A stretch of DNA of 60,000 nt from Botryllus schlosseri. Lineage: Eukaryota. Position numbers and translations under genes: made by a program. This document shows positions 46,782 to 60,000 of this stretch, one piece after another. The notes under the pieces are model-generated. The model was given only the letters and a program-made list of their open reading frames with translations. It did no database searches and was not told where the DNA came from. The stretch is from assembly GCA_051294905.1 (NCBI GenBank), contig CM119373.1, positions 5,086,001-5,146,000 of the forward strand, given 5' to 3'. Each line of letters starts with the position of its first letter. Position 1 is the first letter of the stretch.

Positions 46782-49700
46782 ATTGGAATATGAAGGCCAC
46801 GTAACGTGATTAATAATAATTGAACATATTTGGGCGTGCCCGTTGGTACAATTAAATCGTTACATGTTATTTTGTTACCTCTTGTCCGCTATATAGTCAA
46901 AAGTTATTGAAACGCATAAACGTATTAAACTGAAGTAAGCTCGTGATTCAAAATTGGTATTTCGTCACTGGAAAATAATTTTCTCTGATGGATGTTATTT
47001 GTCCTGTGGGGAGCAGTTTGCGATGACATGATAATTTGGCACGAGCGATTTAAGTACCTATGGACAAGACTTATATAAATCAAAGTTTACGCTCAACATA
47101 AGGGCAATCCTCTCCAGCTAAGGTTTTCTCGCTGACGATCTTTTGACACACCTCTCGGAGTCCCATATTCACCGGAACTTCATATGCCTTTGTGCATCGT
47201 GGCGTGATAATGGCCGAAGCCGACATGTTTATTTATATTTTCTCTAATTATGCGTATTCTTCCGTGGGGGATTCGTAAAAACATGATGTTCAATTTATGT
47301 TCATTCACCGAAATAATTTAGGGCACACTTCGAGCTAACCGATTGGGGGTTTGGGTTGCAGCAGTTTCGGTCTTGGTAAGAGGTCAAAGTTCAGTCGACC
47401 TTTTTGGGACTTTGGTATTGGAAATATTTCGCGCTTGAATCGCGCTTGAGCACCATTGGACTATAATAAACAATATAATATTTGTGTGTGGTATATTCAG
47501 GGGTCAAATCTAGGTTGTTATATCAACAATCGGGCGCAGTCTCATACCCTGTGGTTCGAACCCTCCCGAATTCACATCGGCGATTGGCAATACGGAGAAA
47601 TTAATGGTATTGGATTTTGTCTTAGTGCTTTGTGTAACTAAGTAAGTCAACGGAGAATTGGATGCATATATCTGCTCACATTGAATTTAGTACTGTACCC
47701 AGTTATTAATTTTAACACGAATGTATTCCAAACAAAGCAACTCGTATTATATAACGTTCATGTGAGGTTGTGAACCACAACACGAGATAGTATCATCCTT
47801 TATGATACGATGAAGAAATATTTTGACGATTTAAAAGTACGCGCAATTCGTTTAAATGAATTATAATACTACATTTATGAAAACATATGTAGCAAACATC
47901 GTCACGCAGCGCGACCAAAAATTTCGGGATTTGACATGTTTTGTTGGATGTTAATTTGTTCTGAATACTCATTAAGGATATGTCCTACTACCACATAATC
48001 TACAGCGAAGCCATTTTTCTTCAGCGCCCCCTTATCGCCCCCCTGAGCCCAGCGCCCCCCATATCGCCCCTTGAGCGTTTCCGCCCCCTTCAAAATCGCC
48101 AGCGCCCCTTGGGGGGCGCTGGTGACAAGGTTAAGAACCACTGTAGTAGATAGTCGACTATCCTCAGTTAATAGCGCTTGACCGTTTGGTTTGTATGCAC
48201 TTCAACTGTGTGTTATGTAGATCATGGATGTTTACCACAAATTAATGCCTACGGTCAGCTTGGATGTAGTAAGCTTGTCATAACATAGAACATGACTATA
48301 CAATATAAATGTTTATTCTGAATAGGTCAAATGTAGTCCAAAGGAAGTATGTCGTCAATACCCATTGTCGTAAGTCCATGTCCTTAGTTCTACAACAACA
48401 ATGTTGTGTTCTGATAACTCCTGTCATAATATATAAACACATCAGGCGTCAGTGTATTGAGAAATGATTCGGCGACTATTAGTTGTAACCATATTATATC
48501 GCAATCAGGCATGCATATTATCCGTCACGTGAAATGTATACTATACATATCAGCAACCAACCACTCGTAACAGTCCTTGAATAGCATTGTAATAGAGTGT
48601 TCGACATTGAAAGCGGTTAGTAGCTGACATTTTGTACGATCGTGGTCACAATTTATATGCACCGGTTTCTTTTTAGATCTTATACAAGTCGACCTTCGGA
48701 CATAGCCTACTATTGCGTATCGCTCCAACACACATCTCACAGCTTTAATGTGACATAATGACAACGTACTTGTAATATACTTTGGAAAATATGTCCGTTA
48801 GATATAAAATATAGCCGTACTGGTAACCATGGTTGTAAGGAGTGGACTCTGTCCGAGTGAGGGTGGGTCGATGGATGTATTCGACAATGCAAGCGTTATT
48901 AGCTGACATTTATAGACGTTCGTGGTCGCCATTTTTACATGGTTCTGGTCTCCATTTATATCAAATATTAGTCGACATTGTGAGCTGGAATTAGGAATCG
49001 GGACAATGTACCTCTCACCTCAATCAGTATACAAAATTATAATGTAATAATTATCATCAAACCATATCCATGATGGTATGGAAGGTTATGGCAGTTGATG
49101 ATAGATTAGTGAAATATCTAAGCCGGACAATACATGGAGCAATAAATCGAGCCGGGCGCGAAAAATATTTCCAATAAACTTCGGCTTCGCTCCCCCCCCC
49201 TTCTGATGCTTTATCACGCCCCAGTTCGAGAACCACCGCACTGAAATGTATGTATATATGCAATGGTAGGCTACAATGCTTATTTTATTGGTCGCTGCCT
49301 TCCGAGCAGTGTGCAGCTTAAATAGCCTTGATGTTGAGCGAAGCTTCCAGTTTTTCTGAACTTCGCCCTCCCTTAACCGAGTGTTTCGTGTTTTTGTCAT
49401 CAGACCGACTTTAATAAGGGGCACTGCACTCTAAAAAGGATGTGGTCTCAAATTGAAGGGCAAAACGAAAAAAAAAATTGGCTGCAACGGTTTTCTTCAG
49501 AACGCCACCGTAATGGAGCTGCAATTTATTGAAATTTCCACAAGAACTTCACGCTCCAGCAGTCACGCAGAGATCGATCTTTATATAGTTACTTGTCCGC
49601 CGATGTTATGAAGGAAATATGTAATCGCGGCATATGAATTAGCAGGCTTCAAAGTAAACGAATTTCCTGTTCAGTTGATACAGTGTATGGGTTTAGTCAT

Positions 49701-50399
49701 TCACAAAGGAAATTTTATGTTTTGAATTCCAAACAACCTTTCGCGGGCTGCACAGAATAGCTTCGCGGGCCGCATTTGGCCCGCGGGCCGCACTTTGCCC
49801 AGGCCTGGTCTAGGACTAGGTAACATTCTACCAGTGTTGGGATCGAGTAACTACCTTCGAGTAATGAGTCATTTATAGTCGTGGCACAGTTGGACTCAAT
49901 TCAAAACAATCAATTGTCGAAGGTGATTCGATTCAAGCCCAGTCATTCGATTTTGAAGGTGACTCGACTCGATTCAAGTATAGTAAAGTCAAGTAACGTC
50001 ATGAGTCAAGGCACAATTTCAGTCATGTTGCAGTTTCGAAGTATTAAGCATGATAATATCATTGGATTTTGTCAAAACTATTAAAGTGATACTGACTTGT
50101 CACTCCGTAGATAACATTATAGGGTAGCGATGGGGGTGGTTGACATTGTAAGAGATCTCAGCATATTTAGATGTTCGCGGTAGCCTGCATCACAGCTGAA
50201 CACGATAGCTTCTCGGTATGACCAGCTCCTTCGTACCTAAGTTTTCCACGTCATAAACGAGACATATGTGAGTAGAGCATCACATGTGACTTCGAGACAG
50301 CCAGTGCACCCACGGGAAGACGTTATCCGCCAGATAGATTAACAGTATCTTGAAGTTCCAGCGAATGATGAGTTTAGGATTTCTCCGGATATCATCCAG

Positions 50400-51900
50400 T
50401 CCTCGGCGTCAGAACGCTGCAGAAACACCGGAACGTACTCAATTCCGTATGTTCACGACCTTACCGCTCACTTAAGCGGGGAGTTGCGTATTTTCAAAAG
50501 TAGACCTCGTTAGAGGATGCCATTTACAAGTCCCGGTAGCACCCGATGACACTCCCAAGGCCGCGGTTTCACACCTTTGTAATATTCGAGTTCCTTCGCA
50601 TGCCCTATTTCGGTTTGGAGAACGCCGGTCACACGTTTCAACGACTAATACACAGTCTCTCAATATTTCCCTCCCAATCTTGTACGTTCATCGTGATGAC
50701 ATCTCAAACTTCGAGATGGTTGATCAAAATCTTTGAGACCAGCATCTTCGCACTCTTTCGGCAATCAACAAAGGAATGGGAAGGATAAGCTTATGTTCTC
50801 GAGTCACATAGTGCAACCAGGAGGAATCGAGTTCTCCCCCCTCCCAAGTCGACGCAATCAAGCAATTTCCGTCGCGCAAAACTCACCAGGACTTCATTAG
50901 AATGGTCTTTCTATCACCGATTCGTCCCTGCGATTGCAGATGTCACGAGACTGCTTTATCGCGCGCTGGCCGGCAAGACACGAATATTAGTGTGAAGCCC
51001 TGAGCTAGAAAAGCGTCCAATGCAGCGAAGGAAGCGTTAGTAAACGCAACAATATTTCACCATCCAAGATGCGCTGCTAAAACCGCGCTCACTAAAACGC
51101 CTCAAACGGCAGGTAGGGAAGTCCTCGAACAACTAACTGGTCATGAAAATGGTAATTCCTGGCGTTTTTATTCAGACGGCAGCTGTATAAGCCGAAGACA
51201 AAATACAGTCAGTGCCTTCGACCGATAACTTTGTGGCGCTACATTTGTGCTTCAGGCATTTCCGATATTTCGGTGAGGGAAGCCCTTTCACAGCTTTTAC
51301 CGACCACAAGCCACTATACTACGTATTCACCAAACCTTCATAGCTTCGGTCAGCACGACAACAGCCTCACCTTCGCGAAATCCGAATATATCATAGACAA
51401 GGGAAAAGCAACACGGTCGCGCACGCACGAAATCAACGATATCTACTGCCCGCAACCAGCAGCCGACGCTTTTAGACCTAATCCTCTACTGCCCGCAACC
51501 AGCAGCCGACGCTTTTAGACCTAATCCTCTACTGCCCGCAACCAGCAGCCGACGCTTTTAGACCTGAACCTCTGAAACTTAGTTAGCTAGAGACAGAAAA
51601 AGGGAACCAGGCCCAGTGCCCAAAAAAGCGACGAGGGGCGGGCTTATCGCACCGAGGTTAGAAACCGACAGACATTCCTATCGGAAATTCAGCGGTGACG
51701 CTGCTATACGATAACTCTTGCAGACAACCCCGTCGTGTAGTTCCCAAACCTTGATGGGAAGTTTTCGAATGTCACACCCGTCATTCGCATAACGAAAAAA
51801 CTAGCGAGCTCGAAATTCGTTTGACACGGAATACAGAAAGAAGTGGGTTCGTGGGCCAAACAATGCCTGGCACGTCAGCGTTCAAATTTCATGCAGCATG
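50400..51900 (+). pseudogene. Ty3/Gypsy pol remnant (RT, RNase H, integrase Zn-binding)
   Basis: FEFLRMP.FGL.NAG.TFQR, KYS..FDR, FTDHKPL and WAKQC fragments in shifting frames. Confidence 0.75.
51442..51565. repeat. 43-bp tandem repeat x~3
   Basis: TCTACTGCCCGCAACCAGCAGCCGACGCTTTTAGACCTAATCC units. Confidence 0.9.
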
Positions 51901-53106
51901 TCTCTTCACATTGATAAGGAGAGACCCTGCCTTAATGCCTAGGCAAAACCTACCTCGGACTAACTTTTATTAGATTTGAAACGTATAAAACTAATTAATA
52001 CTTATTTAATATAAGGGCGTAATTGCCTACAGAAAAACGTATGAAATTATAATACTCCTTTATTATCAGAGCAATTGCCTACAGAGAACGGCAAGGTAAC
52101 GACTAATTAAATACAGAGAACGGTAATAGTAAAGGTATAGAGGGTTTACAGCGAAAACGTGAAACTGAAGATATCCGTCTGACGGATAAGGATTTCTTCG
52201 ATCGCAAGCCGTGATTTATTTCGTCTTTGCATAACGTTCTTGTTACAAGGTCCATGTATGAATCGGAAATCGGCGAAGGTCGGATCTCATAATGTCTTCC
52301 GGACTTCGAAACGGAACGAGTCCGTACCTTCCGTGATGTACACCAACACTCCTAGGCACCATAAATCGAGGCGAGGTCCGTGGTAGGAATGTTCTGTGTA
52401 CCATTCTGTAGGGTGATATGTTCCGGAGTATTGATGTTACCGGAGTGTCTGAAATAGCGAATAACAATTGAGTCTTGTAAGATTCAATGTCATTGAAGTC
52501 TTCAAAGTTTTAAATTGAAGCCTGCGATAAAATACGAAATAACGTCGGCGCGTGGCGTCATCACAAAATATGGACGTAACAAATCGATTCCTGGATTGTC
52601 TCATTGTCTGTGATGTATCAAATAAGCTTTTTTTGTTTTGACGTATTGGAATTTAAAAGGCTACTGGTTATATCAGTATGGTTTGATGATAAATCGTCGG
52701 CCACGTACCTGAAACCTCATACCGCATCCAAAATCAATCAGCTTGGGTGCAAAAGTGCGCGGATCCAGGAGGACATTTTTTGGCTTGATGTCACGATGCG
52801 CGACCCCCGGCTTCGTGACAGTGTGAAACTGCTAGAGCGACCTGATTGAAGACGCATCGCGCGGTGTGGAATCCTCTTGAAAACGCGCCGTAGTTGCGCT
52901 TCCACTGCCGAATATCAACAGGACGGTAGTAGTATAGTAGATCGCTCGTGATTGGTAATGGGCTCTTACGGGCCCGCTGGTGAGGTGCCGTGTTGGTGAT
53001 GGCACCCTTTTGACCATCCGCTGGTGAGGTGCCATGTGTTCTTATGGGATCTCTGGTGATGGTACCCTTTCAGGTATATAGGCTTTCAGGTATAGGCTGC
53101 GTCGGT

Positions 53107-53975
53107 GAGAGAGAGAGAATTTTTTATTCATCGTCGTAAAATAACAAAACAGGCACCAAAATAGCATAAACTTCAGAATCACGGACACATACAAAAAACA
53201 TGGTTACAGTGTCAATTTCAAAGCAAATGAGATGTGTACGAATACGATTTACAGTTCATAGGATTGGCCAATATGTTTTATGATTGCAAGATGAAGCTGC
53301 AGCGAAGTGATCTGTTGATCATCGAGTCTACTGCAGCTGATCGAAGTAGATTGGCTATAAATTGCATACATCGTACTGCAACAGTGAATTGTAAGATTGA
53401 CAGGATAAATGTAAGAGCACATGTTAGGAAAAACGGAGGAAAAGAATATAAAGTGTTCTGGTCTGAAGCAAACAAGATATGTTGACCGGTACTAGTTCAC
53501 ACTAAAAATATATTTTAGCTTTTGTATGATTCAATAAGGAAGGCACGATACATGGTTTTAAATACATATAAAGTATTGCTCCTAATATGCGAAGGAATGG
53601 AGTTCCATATTAGAGGACCTTGATAGGCAATGGTTTTGTGATGGGCCTTAGGTAAATACAGATTCATAACAGAACCTCTTGTAAAATGAGAATGATGTTC
53701 ACTGATAGGTGTAAAGTAGTTTGAGAAAATGTCAGGTAGGGTGTTATTGTAGAACTTATGCATCAGAATGCCGACTTCAAATCTGTAAATATCATCAATT
53801 TTCAGGATTTTTAAATTATAATATAAAGGGTTAACGTCTCTACGATTGGCAAGGCATATTAGTTTGATGGCTTTATTTTGCAGGCTCCTAATTCGATCCA
53901 AATGTTTCTCCCATGTGGATCCCCAGAGAATGATACCGTAAGTTAGATGAGAGTGAAATAGGATATGTGATGTGC
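53107..53975 (-). mobile_element. 5'-truncated CR1-group (CR1/Crack/Daphne-like) LINE
   Basis: ORF2 C-terminal motifs HSHLTYGIILWG, LQNKAIKLI and YQGPLIWNSIP; the 3' UTR ends in AATAAA followed by (TC)n on the minus strand. Confidence 0.78.
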
Positions 53976-54564
53976 TTGTCATGTATTCTTACGGGATCTC
54001 TGGTGATGTGCCATTGTTTCTTATGGCATCTCTGGTGACGGCACCCTTTCGGGTATAGGCTGTGGCGATGATGTGCCCGTGGATTCTTGTGTGATAGTGT
54101 ACTACCGTTATAAGTATATGGATTTCTGGTGAAGTCGTCCTGAATATCAAGGATAGTAAACTGTGACGCCAGTACTTGGCTGATTCCAGGTAATCCTAAC
54201 GTTTGCGGTGAGTGCGACTTTAATATATCGGTATTCTTATGGTAACGTAGCTGATATAGACGCGACAGGATAGCGTTACAGGTATAGGGATCGCTCACGA
54301 CATGATAGCGTTACAGGTATAGGGATCGCTCACACGGTTCTACATGAAGACGCCGTAGTTCAGTCGTGACAAATGACCGATCGTGTTCGAACTCAAGTGT
54401 TTCCTCGCTGCCAATTGATTCCTACGTAACCTGAATTATTCCAACTTTCGATTCGGATTATTCGCACCTTCCATACCGCTGTTTCGCACCTACAGAATAG
54501 TCTGCTGTTCACAGTTACAACAGGAATCACGAGTATACACATTATACATTCATTGTATTTATTA

Positions 54565-55944
54565 GGGGAGACCGGGGACAATTGTAACACTTTTCGTATT
54601 TTCCAACATTACGTGTTCTTCTCGTGGAAATTTCACTTCCAAAGTTTTATATAAAGAAGCCAACACCTCGATAGTTGATATGAAAACTAAATTGGAACTC
54701 AATCAACAATCAATCAATCATGGAAATTTTGGGTCGCGGAAATCGCTGCTCAAATGTTACAATCGCCCCGTACCCAGGGGCAATTGTACCACCCTTGCGG
54801 GGCAATTGTAACAGTGTTATTTATAACCAAACATAAACTGAATGAACAACGAAGACGGAAGCACAAATTGTAATATTGCATGAAACTAAAGGAAGAGACG
54901 TTTGAACGCTGCCAGGCTACGCCCCATCGCATTTATGGCATCTGAATGCAATATCACCCTTCGTGTCTTGTTCAAGCTTAAATTGTACAAGAGACACATT
55001 CATTCCATCATCTCCCTACACATATTCAGCCTCTTCTACCAAGGTTCTATTGTTCAGCGGGCATAATGGGTTGGTCATTCGGTCACCTGCGAAGGTGCGA
55101 AACCGACCTGGCTAACATATCTTGGTTGAATGGGCCGATGATAGTATAGTAAAACGAGGACGCAACATTGTGTGGCGTCAAAGCTATAATGGCATTTATC
55201 TGTGCTGTAGAAAATTAACATAAATTGTTCACATCAAATATCAAAATGTAAGTGGGCCATGATCAAAGTCAGAGGACGAGAATTAAGACATGACTATTGA
55301 AGTTCGACACACCAAAATTCGATCAACATGAGAAAGGGTGGTTGAATCACGAAAATAACCGAACCGTCAGATTCACATCAGCACTATTGTATGGCCTTTT
55401 CGACAGATGATCATGTTAGAATTGGTATAGCAAGGCAGTATCTGTTCTGGTGAACTTCTGGCTGTTGCAAGATTATTCTGCAGTAGATGAATGGTAATAC
55501 CAACATATGAACAAAGACAATCAGAATTGATAACATATTGTAACGTGGCAAAAGTAACAGAGTGTTACGATTGCCCCTGACACGCTCGAACATGATTAAT
55601 GTCTCAGTATGGTACCTTCCCGGCGATGCAAGTCCTATTCTTTCCATCACCACGGTAGACTATAGTAACATTGTTCCAGCTACACATATTACGTGGTAAC
55701 TACTTGAGGTACTATTCGTCCAGACAAATTATTCCAGACCAGAAAAACTTTACTCAATGGTCTAAAATTTCGTTTTTTGCAAATTATTCCGGGGTTTCGC
55801 ATCGTAGCTCAACGGAACTCCAGGTATAATAGGAGAGATAACTACTGCATGCGCACTTAAAATATCAAGCTGATTTCTCCATCCTACTAGCGGTGAGGTC
55901 GATTGTTACATTTGCCCCTAGTTACATTTGTCCCCGGTCTCTCC
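54565..55944. mobile_element. Non-autonomous Tc1/mariner-superfamily (pogo-like) element
   Basis: TIR GGGGAGACCGGGGACAATTGTAAC / GTTACATTTGTCCCCGGTCTCTCC flanked by TA. Confidence 0.8.
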
Positions 55945-58739
55945 TACTCTGAAATCAAACTCTTAACAGAACACGAACACGCTTAACAAAACACGCAACT
56001 TATCATTAACCAACTCTGGCATCACCTAAAAATTCAGGTATCGTTGATTGAAAATCCTTGAATCCTTATTATCAAAAATGTTATAGTACGGTATCGGAAT
56101 CCACTCGCGAGATGTACTAAAGGTAAATTCAGATAATCCAAAATGGAATATTTTGACTTTGTTGTAGTGTGAATCGAAATAGGATAGACAGAATCGAAAT
56201 AGGATAGACAAACATGACTACCAACTTTCACCCAGTCACAGTTCGAGATTATACGCACATTGATTTGAAACAAGTATTGAAACATTACAAAACTCCATTC
56301 GCGACCTGTCTTTGTTTGTCAAAAGAGAGTTTCGGAAATAGCATCACTATGACATCTTAACATTTTAACATCTTACCATACACAAAAGAGTCGAATACGA
56401 AAACCTTGCCAAGTAAATCCGTTTGTAACGTATCATGCCAGCTCAACCACTGTCTATATGAAAAGTAAACAAGACTACGCGAGTAATCACTACAATCTAA
56501 AATCCATCAGGCACACTCTTTGAATATGGTAAGATGGTAAGATGTCGAGACGTAATACTATTTTCGTACACTCAATTACAACAAAACATAACCCGCATTC
56601 AAATAAGCCGTAAGCTACAAGTGGATTTAAAACTTGATGCTGTTTTGTTGTTAACTCGAGTCGGTGGTCATGTTTGTGTTGATTTCAGGAATGATCATGT
56701 CGAGTTGGACGGGTGAATTAGGTAATGCGATAGTAACTATGACCTTACAGAGGTTAAGGCATATACCGCCAACTCGTCTTTTTTGTTCAACTGCAAAAGT
56801 CGTTACTATTCTGCAAGACAAAGAAATTATTACTATGCGGTATATTTTGTAAGACAAAAGTATACTTCTCGGTGCCGGCGACTTGAGATTAACATAATAT
56901 GTTTGAGTATACGTCTGACCCGATGATGTTCACTGCGTCTGACCCGATGATGTTCACTGATTGCATACTAGAACTATTTGTGCAACGCACACGATCAGAG
57001 AAATTGGAAATTTTCCCATTGTCATTCGTCGTCATAATACTCACTCACTAAAAATACCTTACTTGTGTGTGATTGAATTGCCGGTAATTAACTCGCTAAA
57101 TCAAACCCCTAAGAAATTTCACTCATTTGATAAAACAACATCGCTTAATCGGTGTGAATCGTTTTTCTAAATGCAAATCATATCCGTCCAATCTAAAACA
57201 ATTTTCACTCACTTGAGTGATGAAACTGAGGTCTAGGTCTTCATTCGATATTTTGTTTGCGTGAAATACTTTACAATAAACAAACTGGAGTGGTCGCGCT
57301 TTACATCGTCAAGCTGTCGTTTGTATCGTTTGATTAACCGACATTTAGCGATTGGTGAACATACCGAACGATACACAGCCACTTCGAAATACCCCGTTGA
57401 TCTTAATTTCCACCATCGTGATAATCGAAGTACATTTGTTTCGAATTCGTAACAACCGCCTTTTCTATGACATGAATATTTTTGACAAGTTATGCTTAGA
57501 AAATTGGTGCATATCACGAAAAATAATATACCTCTCATATTGATACTTTTACTCCATTGGTCGGTATTTTCAAACGAGTCGATTATCAAACGAGTAAAAT
57601 TGATTACTTGAGTTGTTCCGCTTACTATATTTAAATGTAAACTCACCCATATTTCAAAACCACACCAAACAATTTACTGATGAGAAAACCGAGTTACCGA
57701 ATGATATTTGGTCATATCAAAATAACTAGAAGGTGGAACTATATTTAAAAACGTTGCTAATCTTCGCACACCAACCAACAATTTTCCAGAGTCGGGTTCT
57801 ACTTATTTAGTTGTGTTACGGGGCTATAACCCGAGAGACACGAAAATTGACTAGATTTACCTGAACGTGTAAAAGATCGAAAAGTTTTTAATCGATTTCA
57901 TGAGGTCTTTGTTGTGGCTTCAAACTCCAGACTGTCCACCGCGAGCTGGATGAACATTTACACAGAGTCAGGGGTTGTGACAACGAATTACGGGAACCGG
58001 TCGACAGCCTGAATCAGTGGGAACATTTCCTACTGAAATGCTCGAGATACGCGACTAATAGACAATCTATTATAAAAGCTACACGGAACCACGACGTGAA
58101 CATTGCATTATCAAAAAAAATTCTTACTAATCCTTTCACTACAACACCTATTCTAAAATCCACACTCCTGTCGACTCGAGTAAGTTAGAAAAGTCTTGTT
58201 CTAAGTAAGTTAGAAAAGTATTGTTCTAATCAAACTCTCGGTCTGGTGTAGGCTACAAGACTCCAGTAGTCGAACACCAATAAAACCCATACCAATCAAC
58301 TACATATAGACTCATCTCTCTTGCATCACCGACTTCGGAGACCGAAGGGGAATTTATTATTCTATCGAGGTACGAAACTCGATAAGGTATTTACCAACAT
58401 TCGGATTTCATTGAGCAGCTAGATGTGTATTCAGCCAACGTCCGATACTTAATCTGTCCATGTCATTATCACGTGTTACTCAGTAATTCGCTTTGACTGT
58501 GAAAAAGTCAGTCATTATCACGGTTTGTTATCAAACTAGCTTTGACTGTGAATATGTGCGTAAGTCGGTCAGATGTACCTGCGCTGAAGCACCCCTCCCA
58601 CTGAGCTCAATCAGCGCCTTTAGGTGAGTCCATACCTAATAACTCGAGAATGTTCCAGATATACAGCGACACGATGAATTCACAACCTCGATGAATATTT
58701 ATTTACACTGGTAAATAACAAAAAAACGCAGGATCTAGC

Positions 58740-59200
58740 TGCGTAAATGAGTAGCGAGATGTCTTTTCAAAGACAGTTGGGAAGTAAAATCTTTCCCACA
58801 GATATATAACAACCGTAGCACTCCATATGTATTAAGAAATGGCGGCATAGATCACTTGTGCGCGCGAAATATTTCTCACAAATCTCACAGCCGTACATAT
58901 TTTTTACCGCAGCATGCGTGAGCGTATGAGAGTTCAATGTGCTCTTTTTAGCAAAATGTCGGCCGCAAACCTCGCAACCGTGGTTCTTTACATCAAAGTG
59001 GCCCGTAATGTGTGTTTTGAGGTTTCCTTTTTGCAGAAATCTTCGACCACAAATCTCGCATTCGTGGTTCTTGATGCCAGCATGCTGTTGCAGGTGCTTG
59101 TTGAGCCGACCTCTCTGTTGGTGAATCTCCTCTCACATATCCAGCATTCTTGGAGAGTAACCTCGGCGTTTTCCATTATTATCCACGTAACCATATTTCT
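58740..59200 (-). pseudogene. C2H2 zinc-finger array fragment (frameshifted)
   Basis: The minus strand reads CWICERRF / LNKHLQQH-AGIKNHECEICGRRFLQKGNLKTHITGH-FDVKNHGCEVCGRHFAKKSTLNSHTLTH-..YGCEICEKYFARTSDLCRHFLIH, with a frameshift in the first finger. Confidence 0.75.
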
Positions 59201-59699
59201 GATATGATAACAGGATAAGTATAAACACATTCCAAACTCTCGAAGTCTAAACGAGCGAAATAAGGCTGGTCTTCCCAATATACGCAATAATATAATTACC
59301 CTAACCGCTTAGGTTTGTTATTTACCTACATCATCATTATAACAGTAAAAACAAGCCTCAACACACTCGCTATCATTGGTGAGTATAGTCGGCTTCTAGT
59401 CTACAGTTCGATACGTTAAATTACGTGAACATTTACGATTTCCGACTCAAATAAATGATTATGACCGAGGTCAAAAAATGTCAAAATTGTTTACGAAGAT
59501 AAAACTTTTTTGCAACCTGCATTTCGTTTGTATCGTAGATTTTGCGCTTTCGGGGAACTTATCATTTCGCATTTTGCAGCTTGTAGCCTACTTTATAGGC
59601 ATACCGTTGTAGAAGGCCCCTTGTCTGCGCATTGGGAATCAAATTATACATTCAAATGAAACAAATGGTGTTATGCTCAACGTACCGCAATATCACGAC

Positions 59700-59946
59700 T
59701 GAAGCAAGACTGCGTGGTTCTTATATTATCAAGAAGCGCAAGAGGAAAAATTGTTATATAGACAACGTTGTCAGAATGAAGCAACACGGTTGGTCACCAG
59801 CAGTGTACGCACAACTTCAGTGTTGTCAGCCAACAACTGCTGCTGTTGAACGTTCTTTCTCCATTCTTGGGAAGCTACTTAGTAAGGACAGACACTTTCT
59901 ACCCGAGAATGTAGGAAAGTGTTACATCTATTTAAAGACAACGTAG
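59700..59946 (+). pseudogene. hAT transposase C-terminal dimerisation domain remnant
   Basis: PTTAAVERSFS motif (hATC consensus P.tSa..ERsFS). Confidence 0.65.
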
Positions 59947-60000
59947 CGCAACGCGCATATGAAGTGAAATAATGGTTATTTCTGATAAAAGAATGGATGG

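Larger units (their letters stand above)
43471..48143. mobile_element. hAT-type element hosting a nested insertion
   Basis: CAGTGCTTTAACC / GGTTAAGAACCACTG termini, 8-bp TSD TAGTAGAT (43463-43470, 48144-48151), GCGCCCC subterminal repeats at both ends. Confidence 0.78.

Noticed and set aside
56000..58700. Short ORFs and small duplications in the distal region
   Set aside because: No recognisable domains or termini; consistent with non-coding or decayed repeat DNA.

Overview
Eukaryotic, gene-poor, transposon-rich DNA. It is most likely from a stolidobranch ascidian, inferred from exact and near-exact copies of a 24-mer (ATTGGAGTATTTGGTTGTATTAAG) that I recall as the Halocynthia/Botryllus trans-spliced leader (SL). 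Bases ~930-35635 are a head-to-tail, same-strand array of five divergent Tx1/L1-clade non-LTR retrotransposons, labelled here A1, B1, B2, A2 and C. Each has a CCHC ORF1 and an APE-RT-CCHC ORF2; only B1 is intact, and several copies are interrupted by hAT, CACTA and Kolobok MITEs. The striking feature is that these elements are built from splicing-related parts. Each intact 5' end starts with an SL exon plus GT donor, usually followed by an 18-26 nt GT...YTAAC...AG micro-intron and a hairpin array. Every 3' UTR holds a second SL-like exon between two conserved, covarying RNA structure domains. B1 integrated together with a U6 snRNA-poly(A) piece and a capped-U1 5' fragment inside one 14-bp target-site duplication (TSD). 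The same target (TACCTCTATGG) was reused by successive insertions. The rest of the window (35.6-60 kb) is nested non-autonomous DNA transposons, decayed Gypsy, CR1-like, piggyBac-like and hAT remnants, a duplicated block of unknown compact ORFs and a C2H2 zinc-finger remnant.
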